From the NCBI GenBank assembly GCA_043801585.1, contig JAZDLX010000023.1:1-12896 (forward strand): a stretch of 12,896 nt of DNA. The letters run 5' to 3'. A program made the translations under genes and the position numbers. Origin of the DNA: a bacterium (GTDB lineage Bacteria; Electryoneota; Electryoneia; Electryoneales; Electryoneaceae). This document shows positions 5,824 to 12,896 of the stretch, one piece after another (the stretch's first letter is position 1; every line of letters starts with the position of its first letter). The notes beneath the pieces are model-generated. The model was given only the letters and a program-made list of their open reading frames with translations, was not told the DNA's origin and ran no database searches.

Positions 5824-7542
5824 GTGGCTCACTCCGACATCGCCGTTGTCCTTTTCTATCTCATAGGAGTTTTCATTCTTGGCGTGCTGTTTACAAGGCG
5901 CGCACACGAGGACACCAACTCCTATTTCCTTTCCTCACGCCGATTGCCCTGGTGGATCGCCGGAACAAGCATGGTCGCCACCAGTTTTTCCTGCGACACC
6001 CCGCTCTATGTAACTCAACTGGTCCGGTCCGGGGGCGTGTGGCTGAACTGGCAATGGTGGTCGTTCGCCATCGGAGGGATGCTCTCCGCGTTTCTCCTCT
6101 CGCGCTTCTGGAGGAGGGCGAAAGTCGTCACGGATGTGGAGCTGACCGAACTTCGCTATGGAAGCGGCGTGGGAAGCGTGCTGCGGGTGATTCGCGCGGG
6201 ATGGATGGCTTTGCTTATCAACACGATCGGAATGAGCTGGGTGATCCTCGCGATGGCGAAAATCATTGGTGCAATATGGGGTGGCGAAAAATGGGCGGGG
6301 GTGCTGATTTCAACAACGCTGGCGATCAGTTACAGTTTTCTCGCGGGTTTCTGGGGTGTGGTCGTCACGGACGTTGCACAGTTCATTGTCGCCATGGCCG
6401 GCGCGATTGTCCTCGCCGTTTTCTCGGTTCATGCTGCTGGCGGCATGGGCGTGGTACTCGCTGCCGCCGGACCGGAGAGGCTGCACCTGGTTCCGTCCAT
6501 TCCCACCGGTGGGCTTGCAGATCCGGGCTTCTGGACGGGCGCTTTCGGAGGATTTCTTGTCTACCTCTCGATCCAGTGGTGGGCGAATGTCAACAGTGAC
6601 GGCGGCGGCAAGGTGATCCAGCGGATGTCCGCAACGAAGAACGAAGCCCACGCCTTCGGCGCAACGCTCTGGTTCAACCTCGCTCATTACGGACTGCGCA
6701 CCTGGCCGTGGGTGATCACCGCTCTCGCCAGCCTTGTCCTGCTGCCCGAACTTGCGGACGCTGAATCGGCCTACCCGATGCTGATTCTGATGGTGCTTCC
6801 GAGTCCGTGGAAGGGTGTCCTGCTCGCTGGGCTGGTCGCTGCCTTCATGTCCACGATCGACACCCAGCTCAACTGGGGAGCCAGCTACCTCACGAGCGAT
6901 CTCTACCGTCGCTGGCTCGCTCCCGGCCGCAGTGAAAAGCACTACCTGATCGCGGCAAAGTTCTTCATGCTGCTGCTCGTCGCTGTCACCTCCGTGATGG
7001 CGTATTACGTCCAGTCCGTCACCGCGGCGTTCACTTTCCTCATTGCGTTCGGAGCGGGAGCGGGGCCGGTGTATGTGTTGCGCTGGTTCTGGTGGCGCCT
7101 TAACGCATGGAGCGAAATCGCGGCGATGACCGCATCGACGGTCATCTCAAGCGTGCTCTATCTTGCCTTTCCCGAAATTCCTTTCCCGTTGAAGGTTGTC
7201 ACCGTGGCGATGGGGTCCGCGTTGATCTGGCTGCCTGTGACCTTCCTCACCCGTCCGGTTCCAATGATTGCCCTGCTCGAGTTCTATCAGCGTACCCAAC
7301 CCCCCGGTGCATGGAGTCACGTTCGCAGGATGATGAATCGCCGTCGGGCTTCCACTACCCAGTCTTCACAGCTTGGCCGCGATCTCTGGGGGTGGCTGTC
7401 GGGCACGGCACTCGTCCTTGGAACAACCTTCAGCCTGGGGAAAATGCTCCTCGGCGAGCCGTTCAGTGGCGGTATCTGGTTGATGATCGCCGCTGCGGGA
7501 GGGGTGGGCACCTGGCAATGGTTCCGGAGATTATTTCGGTAG
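5824..7542 (+). CDS. Sodium:solute symporter (SSS) family transporter
   Basis: 572 aa with many TM helices. Motifs YFLSSRRLPWW, SMVATSF, ELRYG, GVVVTDVAQF, QR and AAFMSTIDTQLN. GTG start 2 bp after the EIIA stop. Substrate unknown. Confidence 0.93.
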   Translation: MAHSDIAVVLFYLIGVFILGVLFTRRAHEDTNSYFLSSRRLPWWIAGTSMVATSFSCDTPLYVTQLVRSGGVWLNWQWWSFAIGGMLSAFLLSRFWRRAKVVTDVELTELRYGSGVGSVLRVIRAGWMALLINTIGMSWVILAMAKIIGAIWGGEKWAGVLISTTLAISYSFLAGFWGVVVTDVAQFIVAMAGAIVLAVFSVHAAGGMGVVLAAAGPERLHLVPSIPTGGLADPGFWTGAFGGFLVYLSIQWWANVNSDGGGKVIQRMSATKNEAHAFGATLWFNLAHYGLRTWPWVITALASLVLLPELADAESAYPMLILMVLPSPWKGVLLAGLVAAFMSTIDTQLNWGASYLTSDLYRRWLAPGRSEKHYLIAAKFFMLLLVAVTSVMAYYVQSVTAAFTFLIAFGAGAGPVYVLRWFWWRLNAWSEIAAMTASTVISSVLYLAFPEIPFPLKVVTVAMGSALIWLPVTFLTRPVPMIALLEFYQRTQPPGAWSHVRRMMNRRRASTTQSSQLGRDLWGWLSGTALVLGTTFSLGKMLLGEPFSGGIWLMIAAAGGVGTWQWFRRLFR

Positions 7543-7701
7543 ATTCATGCGTGGTCGAGCATTTCGAGAATCGTGCTCGCCCTGTTCCTGCCGCTTCGCG
7601 GCATCAGCGGCAATCAACGGACGAACAGCGCCGGCGAAATACCGGGTGGAAGAGAGAACCGTGATCCCGCCGCGCACCACAGCTCGAAAGGAGGTAAAGG
7701 A

Positions 7702-8001
7702 ATGAATCACAAGGTTCCCGGAAACGGCGAGGGTTCGACAAGACGAATCCTGCAAGCCCGGAAGAATCATCCCCTGCCACAGGACCGGAATCCTGTGGAC
7801 AACGCTGGTGTCGGTCGTACGGATCTGAAGTGGTGCACGATGGCCTGCGAACACGCCGAATGGCCAAAGGAGAATATGGACGGAGCGAAAAGCTGCCGAA
7901 CGTTCAACGCCCTCTGGTGCAATGCCCTGGGCCAGCACGTCACCCGCAACTCACCCTGTGCCCTCGAGTACGGCAGTCGCCGCCCCAAGCCGAACTGGTA
8001 G
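7702..8001 (+). CDS. Small Cys-rich hypothetical protein (99 aa), likely metal/Fe-S binding
   Basis: Strong SD AAGGAGGT before ATG 7702. The C-terminal half has C-x3-C-x15-C-x7-C-x12-C. Confidence 0.7.
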   Translation: MNHKVPGNGEGSTRRILQARKNHPLPQDRNPVDNAGVGRTDLKWCTMACEHAEWPKENMDGAKSCRTFNALWCNALGQHVTRNSPCALEYGSRRPKPNW

Positions 8002-8095
8002 GCTGGAGCAAGAAAACGGTTGCGATTGTTTTTTCAAAACGATTTTGTACCTTATCGAAAACCCGAGCCCCGCAACGAATCACTGAGGAGTAACC

Positions 8096-8506
8096 ATGCG
8101 ATACCTCGTTGCAGCAGAAGGCTCGACCCTTTCAGCCCCCGTCAGCAAACGTTTCGGACATGCAGCGTTTCACCTCGTCGTCGATTCCGATCGACAGGAA
8201 ATCCTCGAAGCTCTTGAACGCAACCACGACCTCCCGGGGCATGGCGTTGAACGGTTTTTAAAATGGAATCTGGAGGGAGTGATCACGGGAAACGTTGGTC
8301 CCGCAGCTTTCCGTGATTTGAAAGCGCGTCACCTCAGCATATACATCGTCAGGGCAACGACTGTTCAAAAGGCTGTTTTTCAGGTTGCAAATGGAGAAAT
8401 CGAGGCGGCTGACGGACCGACGATGAAACACTCCGTTCACACGCACGGTTCAGGGAATGGGGGTGAGCATCACCATCATTCCGGACACGGCCACGGTCAA
8501 ATGTGA
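8096..8506 (+). CDS. NifB/NifX-family (MTH1175-like) metal-cluster-binding protein with His-rich C-terminal tail
   Basis: Motifs VSKRFGHAAFHLVVD and VITGNVGPAAF. Tail HSVHTHGSGNGGEHHHHSGHGHG. SD GAGGAG upstream. Confidence 0.88.
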   Translation: MRYLVAAEGSTLSAPVSKRFGHAAFHLVVDSDRQEILEALERNHDLPGHGVERFLKWNLEGVITGNVGPAAFRDLKARHLSIYIVRATTVQKAVFQVANGEIEAADGPTMKHSVHTHGSGNGGEHHHHSGHGHGQM

Positions 8507-8537
8507 CACCGGTCATCCTGCTGCCCCGGGCGAAGCA

Positions 8538-8567
8538 TGGCGAATGAACTCCGATGGAGTTTCGCCA
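8538..8567. other. Intergenic hairpin
   Basis: TGGCGA/TCGCCA plus AACTCC/GGAGTT stems with a 3-nt bulge and 3-nt loop, between convergent genes. Confidence 0.4.
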
Positions 8568-8629
8568 AACCTTTGGAGTGCGGGAGTCTCTGCCTGCATG
8601 AAGGGTGAAAATTTGCACCGCATCTCGAC

Positions 8630-8655
8630 GGGGTGGGCACTGAAGCCCGCCCCAC
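8630..8655 (-). repeat. GTRG-type REP-like hairpin / possible terminator
   Basis: Minus strand GTGG-GGCGGGC-TTCAGT-GCCCACCCC, 10 bp after the stop codon at 8666. Confidence 0.45.
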
Positions 8656-8665
8656 CGAAAAACGA

Positions 8666-9235
8666 TCAGACGTTGAACGCGAGACCGCGACGGATCACCA
8701 TGAACACGGCTTCGTGAACGAAAAGAACGAACATTCCCACCACAATTGCGCCAAACCACCCCGCAATCACCACCGGCTCCACCGCCAATCCCACCAGCGC
8801 GGCTGAAAACACCTCAATGGTCAGAAGCAGATGCCGGGTAGAGGAAAGGCGCGAGGCCACGGACTTTTTGGTCTTTGTTCCACGGTAATCCTTGAAGATC
8901 GCGAGAAGCTGGTGCAGGTCCGCCTCTTCGCCGAAGAGCATTTCCATGCCCTTGAACACGATTCGCATGTCGCGAACGATCCTCTCCTTGTAACGGACAG
9001 CGACGCCCATGACGGTGAATCCCACGAGTACAACAAAAATCGTTACGGCAAGGTTCTCCGTAAGGGTCCCCTCCGCGAGGGTAAGAAACGCCAGCCCGGC
9101 GGCGGCGAAAACCAGGTAAAGGCGTATCAGTGACAGGCGGGCGGAGTCGTGGTGCTGGACGTTGGTCCATAAGAAGGCGAGAGTTGCACGCAACACTTCA
9201 TCTTTGCGTGAGCTGCTAGATCCTTCTTCAGCCAT
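8666..9235 (-). CDS. Hypothetical membrane protein, about 4 TM helices (2+2)
   Basis: 189-aa ORF with a strong SD (GGGAGGT). Two hydrophobic hairpins are separated by a charged/basic linker. Confidence 0.75.
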   Translation of the reverse strand: MAEEGSSSSRKDEVLRATLAFLWTNVQHHDSARLSLIRLYLVFAAAGLAFLTLAEGTLTENLAVTIFVVLVGFTVMGVAVRYKERIVRDMRIVFKGMEMLFGEEADLHQLLAIFKDYRGTKTKKSVASRLSSTRHLLLTIEVFSAALVGLAVEPVVIAGWFGAIVVGMFVLFVHEAVFMVIRRGLAFNV

Positions 9236-9317
9236 TTGTACCTCCCGGTTGCATTGGTTCTCAGCACATAAGGTAAGACTTCAGCATAAGGAGTGCGTTG
9301 GTCGACGGGAAGTTCCG

Positions 9318-10496
9318 CTAATTCAGGCTGTTGACGTACTCCAGCCGGGCGTGCGCATCGGTGGCGAAATCCACGGTCAGTGGCTGCTCCAGTCTTTGAC
9401 GCGGACCGTAAAGAAGTGTCACTTTCGGCCGGTGAAGGTCTTCCGGATTCGTTTTCGCGACGACTCCACGGTACCCGACGATGGCTTCGTGCGCCGAATC
9501 GCCCACACGGACAAGGCTGCCCACCGGAAAGACGTTGATCACCTCGAGGGCTTCTCTCGTGATATGATCGTTGAACCTCGACGGCGTCGCTTCGATAATC
9601 TTCTTCACCGCAGCCGACGGCGGAAGCTGCATCTTCGTCACACGGCCGGAGACAAGATTGTCGAAATAGTTCGAAATCGAGATGATCTCTGCGAAACGGT
9701 GGATCGTCCCGCGTGGCCGCAGCTTGCTCGTCGGTGGCATGTTGCTCCCTATCACCTGCTCGGGGAATCCACTCCCGTCCTGGTTTTCGTGATGCTGCAG
9801 AACTCCCATCATAATATGCATGTTCATGTTCACATCCTGATCCAGCAGGACGGTAGACATTTGGGGATGCATTGAATAGGCGATGTGAAGTTCTTCGGTA
9901 TAGTCTTCGGGGTGTACGCTGATCAACTCACGCGCAAGCCGCCATTTACCGACGTCATGCAGCAGCGCTGCCTTCCCGAGCCACAGAAGCTCCTGCTTGT
10001 TCATCCGGAAACGCCAGCCGATCAGCAGAGCGAGAATCGAGACATTCGTCGAGTGGTTGATCAGTCGGTTCTTCGACGGATAGATGCCCGGGTAGTAGAC
10101 CGGTTTGCGCTGGTACATCAACTCGCGGATTAATCCATCAACCGCGTTCTCAATCATTTTCTGAACATCCGCAGCGCTCTGTACCCCGTCCTTGCCACCC
10201 TTCAACACCTCGCCGAGGTTTTGCGCGTCCAAGTCGCGTTGCTGCCAGGTCGAAAAGGCCTCAAGCGCACCCGCGATCTCCTGGCGGACTCTTATCCCGA
10301 TCAGATCGCCCACGTTGATCTTTTCGGTTCCCGGTTCCTGAATCAGGATCGAAGGATATTCTTCCTGGCGAATACGGCGAATGGCCTCTGGAGTGAGTGC
10401 TGCACCGGCATTCAACAGCAAGCGGAAGCGGACATCGTAGATTGGACGTCCTACGACCATACCCGGTTTGATTTCGTTAACATTGCAAAGGCGCAT
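9318..10496 (-). CDS. HD-GYP domain protein (cyclic dinucleotide phosphodiesterase family), variant motifs
   Basis: Motifs HSTNV, LLHDVGK, HP, QHHENQDGSGFP and a C-terminal FPVGSLVRV domain. N-terminal IKPGMVVGRPIY. Start taken as ATG 10496 after SD AGGAGG; the ORF track extends to 10688. Confidence 0.9.
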   Translation of the reverse strand: MRLCNVNEIKPGMVVGRPIYDVRFRLLLNAGAALTPEAIRRIRQEEYPSILIQEPGTEKINVGDLIGIRVRQEIAGALEAFSTWQQRDLDAQNLGEVLKGGKDGVQSAADVQKMIENAVDGLIRELMYQRKPVYYPGIYPSKNRLINHSTNVSILALLIGWRFRMNKQELLWLGKAALLHDVGKWRLARELISVHPEDYTEELHIAYSMHPQMSTVLLDQDVNMNMHIMMGVLQHHENQDGSGFPEQVIGSNMPPTSKLRPRGTIHRFAEIISISNYFDNLVSGRVTKMQLPPSAAVKKIIEATPSRFNDHITREALEVINVFPVGSLVRVGDSAHEAIVGYRGVVAKTNPEDLHRPKVTLLYGPRQRLEQPLTVDFATDAHARLEYVNSLN

Positions 10497-10738
10497 CGAA
10501 ACCCGATTCCCCCTCCTGACAGAACCCGGAACGCTCATCGTACTGTCTGACGAAAGGGCAATCCTCCTTGCCATTCCGTCAACCGCGTCAATATAGCACG
10601 ACCGCGCGTGAGATGCCGAGCGTTCACTTTTTTTAGCTACCGGAGATCCTCTCGCGCATGTCTTTATGGAAATTTCCAGCCCCTCCAATCAAGTCAGAAC
10701 CGTACTTTTCTCGCCGAGAGCGACCTGCGCGGGCTCGT

Positions 10739-10767
10739 TTGCCTCGTCGACTCGAGGCGGTTATCTT
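10739..10767 (+). promoter_or_regulatory. Sigma70 promoter of tRNA-Ser
   Basis: TTGCCT (10739-10744), 17 bp, TATCTT (10762-10767), about 55 bp upstream of the tRNA. Confidence 0.55.
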
Positions 10768-10821
10768 TGGTTTCCGTCCGGCGCAGGGATACCGGGACCC
10801 AGCGGTCCTGACCGCTGGCGA

Positions 10822-10911
10822 GGGGAGGTGGCCGAGTGGCTGAAGGCGCTCGCCTGCTAAGCGAGTATGTGGTGTTGAACCGCATCGAGGGTTCGAATCC
10901 CTCCCTCTCCG
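10822..10911 (+). tRNA. tRNA-Ser (anticodon GCT), 3' CCA not encoded
   Basis: Acceptor stem GGGGAGG/CCTCTCC, D-arm TGGCCGAGTGGCTGAAGGC, anticodon arm CTCGC-CTGCTAA-GCGAG (GCT at 10856-10858), long variable arm, T-arm GAGGG-TTCGAAT-CCCTC and discriminator G. Confidence 0.97.
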
Positions 10912-10923
10912 CATCACACTGAC

Positions 10924-10957
10924 CCCGTGGGTCCAGCGCCGGATCCACGGGTTTTTT
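10924..10957 (+). terminator. Rho-independent terminator after tRNA-Ser
   Basis: 11-bp stem CCCGTGGGTCC/GGATCCACGGG (one G-U pair), 6-nt loop, then T6. Confidence 0.88.
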
Positions 10958-11008
10958 AGCTTTCCCCAGGCGCTTCTGAATCGCCCCAGCGAGGGCAATG
11001 GAGGGACC

Positions 11009-11806
11009 ATGACGCCGCTGTCCGTTGCACTCCTTGCCCACAACGAGGAGGCCAACCTCCCGGCAGCTCTGAAAAGTGTCGCCTGGGCCGATGAGATCGT
11101 TGTCGTGGACGCGGGTTCCAGCGATGCCACCGCAACCATCGCTGCCGATCACGGCGCCAGGGTGATCCACCAACCGAACAATTCGAACCTGAACATCAAT
11201 AAAAATATCGCCATCGAAAACTGCACTCACGATTGGGTGCTGGTCCTCGACGCGGACGAGATCATCCCTCCGGCGCTGGCGGGCGAAATCCTGCAGGAAA
11301 TCAAGAACCCCCGTCACGACGGCTACTTCGTCCCCCGCCGTAACAGGATCCTTGGACGCTGGGTGCGACACGGCGGACAGTACCCGGATCTGCAGCTTCG
11401 CCTGATCCGCAGGGAGACCGCGCGGTTCCCCGAAAGACATGTACACGAACGTATCCAGGTAAAGGGCAGTGTCGGACGCCTGTCCAATCCAATGGACCAT
11501 TCCCCCTACCCCACCATCGCGCAGATGATGCGAAAGGGGATGTTCTACGCGGATTTCGAAGCCCAGGTCCGCCGTACCACCACTCGCACTTCGCCGTTGG
11601 TTTTCATCTACCAGATCCTTATCCGTCCCCCTTTCCGGTTCATCCGTCGTTACTTTTTCAAGGGGGGATTCCTCGATGGGATCCCCGGGCTGGCGATGAG
11701 CTTCTTCGACGCGTTCAACAACGTCGTCCGGTGGCTGCGTCTGTGGGAGCTGCAGCGGACACGCGATGACGGGGGCGAAACCAGCACCCTACACTCGGAT
11801 TCCTGA
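11009..11806 (+). CDS. Glycosyltransferase family 2, WaaE/KdtX-like (LPS core beta-1,4-glucosyltransferase type)
   Basis: Motifs LSVALLAHNEE, EIVVVDAGSSDAT, DWVLVLDADE, YPDLQLRL, VHE and YFFKGGFLDGIPG. SD GGAGG. Confidence 0.92.
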   Translation: MTPLSVALLAHNEEANLPAALKSVAWADEIVVVDAGSSDATATIAADHGARVIHQPNNSNLNINKNIAIENCTHDWVLVLDADEIIPPALAGEILQEIKNPRHDGYFVPRRNRILGRWVRHGGQYPDLQLRLIRRETARFPERHVHERIQVKGSVGRLSNPMDHSPYPTIAQMMRKGMFYADFEAQVRRTTTRTSPLVFIYQILIRPPFRFIRRYFFKGGFLDGIPGLAMSFFDAFNNVVRWLRLWELQRTRDDGGETSTLHSDS

Positions 11807-11822
11807 CACGCAGGGAGAGGTT

Positions 11823-12236
11823 ATGAGAACGATTGAAATTCGGCGAGTTCCCCTGATGCCGGTTGTCAAGGCGGGATTTCTCGTCTTCTTCACGATCGAT
11901 TTTATCGGCTTTCTTTTGTACACCAGCTTTTTCGCATCGATCATCAGTATGGCCCTTTCGGGCCTTGGCGGTGAATTCGGGACTCTCGGCAACATCAGCG
12001 GAGCGGCGTTGATCTTCGGCGGATTCTTCGTGGCGTTGCTCATCGCAGTCTTTCAGACGCTGGTCATCCTGATCGCAATGATCGCCTACAACGTCATCGC
12101 CAACGGTCTCGGCGGAATCCTCCTCGTGGTTATCGACACGGACACTCGTGGTATGCCCATTACTCCCACTGCTGGCTCTCCTGTCCCCGATCAGGGAAGC
12201 CGTGACTCCGCGGAAGCGAGCGGAAAAGAGGAATGA
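11823..12236 (+). CDS. Small membrane protein, DUF3566-like
   Basis: MRTIEIRRV..., two long hydrophobic segments and a YNVIANGLGGI motif. SD GGGAGAGG before ATG 11823. Family call tentative. Confidence 0.7.
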   Translation: MRTIEIRRVPLMPVVKAGFLVFFTIDFIGFLLYTSFFASIISMALSGLGGEFGTLGNISGAALIFGGFFVALLIAVFQTLVILIAMIAYNVIANGLGGILLVVIDTDTRGMPITPTAGSPVPDQGSRDSAEASGKEE

Positions 12237-12305
12237 ATTTACAGACAGCGAATTCTCAGATAGTACGGGAAGTCTGTTAATTTCATACCGTTTGGAAACT
12301 CCATA

Positions 12306-12389
12306 CAGAAAAATGTACCAGGTACATTTTATAGCCAGTGTTTCAGCCAAAAAATAGAAAAATTAAATTGTACCTGGTACATTTTTCTG
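12306..12389. repeat. Inverted repeat doublet 2: CAGAAAAATGTACCAGGTACA ... TGTACCTGGTACATTTTTCTG
   Basis: Perfect 21-bp inverted arms at 12306-12326 and 12369-12389 with a 42-bp AT-rich spacer. 12310-12330 is itself a perfect 10-1-10 palindrome. Confidence 0.9.
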
Positions 12390-12656
12390 CGAAATTCCCC
12401 TCCGCCATATTTTCACCCTTCCAACGAGCCGGATTGCCGAGTCACCCTTCCCCATTCCCTTGAAAATCATTAGATTTGCGGGAGTGAGTTTCCAGACAGT
12501 ATAGAAATTCTTCAGGTTTGTACTGTTTGGATACTCTTTCCCCGTGGCGGCGAAACGGACAACCCTCCATAGCCCGAAACACGCCCCGGGAAATAAGAAT
12601 TCACCGCCCCTCCCCGCCCTTTGAAGGCGGGCGGGGTCCAACGCAGGCAGGATTCC

Positions 12657-12896
12657 GTGAACGAGCACAGCAGACAGGAAACCCCCGAAACCTCGGGTCT
12701 CGATTTCATTCGAAAAATCATCACCGAGGACGTGGCGAACGGAAAGCACAAGCAGATCGTCACCCGTTTTCCGCCCGAACCAAACGGCTACCTCCACATC
12801 GGCCACGCCAAGGCGATCACCATCTCTTTTTCCGCCGCGCAGGAGTACGGCGGCTGGACGAACCTCCGTTTCGACGACACGAATCCGGTCAAAGAG
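12657..12896 (+). CDS. glnS: Glutamine--tRNA ligase, N-terminal part (runs off the right edge; absent from the ORF track)
   Basis: From GTG 12657: [80 protein letters not shown], containing the class I HIGH motif and GlnRS-type RFPPEPNG and RFDDTNP. Confidence 0.96.
   Translation, partial: MNEHSRQETPETSGLDFIRKIITEDVANGKHKQIVTRFPPEPNGYLHIGHAKAITISFSAAQEYGGWTNLRFDDTNPVKE

Noticed and set aside
7620..7700. TPP riboswitch-like words (ATACC, GAACCGTGATC) upstream of the Cys-rich gene
   Set aside because: The CTGAGA motif and the required stems are missing.
8096..8506. Nitrogen fixation locus
   Set aside because: Only a NifX-like domain is present with no nifHDK/ENB, and this family is common in non-diazotrophs.
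10497..10688. N-terminal extension of the HD-GYP ORF given in the ORF track
   Set aside because: A good SD precedes ATG 10496 and domain-like sequence starts there. The extension looks like promoter or leader DNA.
2953..12389. CRISPR array or composite transposon interpretation of the GTACCWGGTAC repeats
   Set aside because: The arms are inverted pairs rather than a tandem direct array. There is no cas, transposase or integrase gene, no target-site duplication was seen, and the enclosed region holds core-type genes such as tRNA-Ser.
12363..12806. 147-aa minus-strand ORF ending in KNVPGTI
   Set aside because: It is antisense to glnS and ends within the repeat arm, so it is likely spurious.

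Overview
This is a GC-rich bacterial chromosomal segment, probably from a diderm (inferred from an outer-membrane barrel and an LPS-type GT2). It is mostly housekeeping or semi-accessory. In order it contains: ppdK (5' part, -), a TorF/Gcw_chp-like outer-membrane protein (-), an endonuclease III-family glycosylase (-), a nonsense-disrupted orphan RelE/Gp49(HigB)-type toxin (+), a TPR protein (-), a NYN-domain protein (-), a stand-alone PTS EIIA plus Na+/solute symporter (+), a small 5-Cys protein plus NifB/NifX-family protein with a His-rich tail (+), a 4-TM hypothetical (-), a variant HD-GYP protein (-), tRNA-Ser(GCT), a GT2 glycosyltransferase, a small membrane protein and the 5' part of glnS (+). 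The most unusual signals are intergenic. (1) Two doublets of an inverted palindromic repeat (core GTACC-W-GGTAC) with unrelated spacers lie 9.35 kb apart. (2) The ~190 bp upstream of the NYN gene holds a near-consensus promoter with a 19-bp dyad-containing spacer (MerR-like geometry) and a duplicated 21-nt block whose differences all fall in one codon position, suggesting an unannotated Cys/His peptide. (3) The decayed toxin retains its promoter and a likely operator. No CRISPR array, integrase or transposase was seen. All family calls come from motif recognition by eye; no searches were run.
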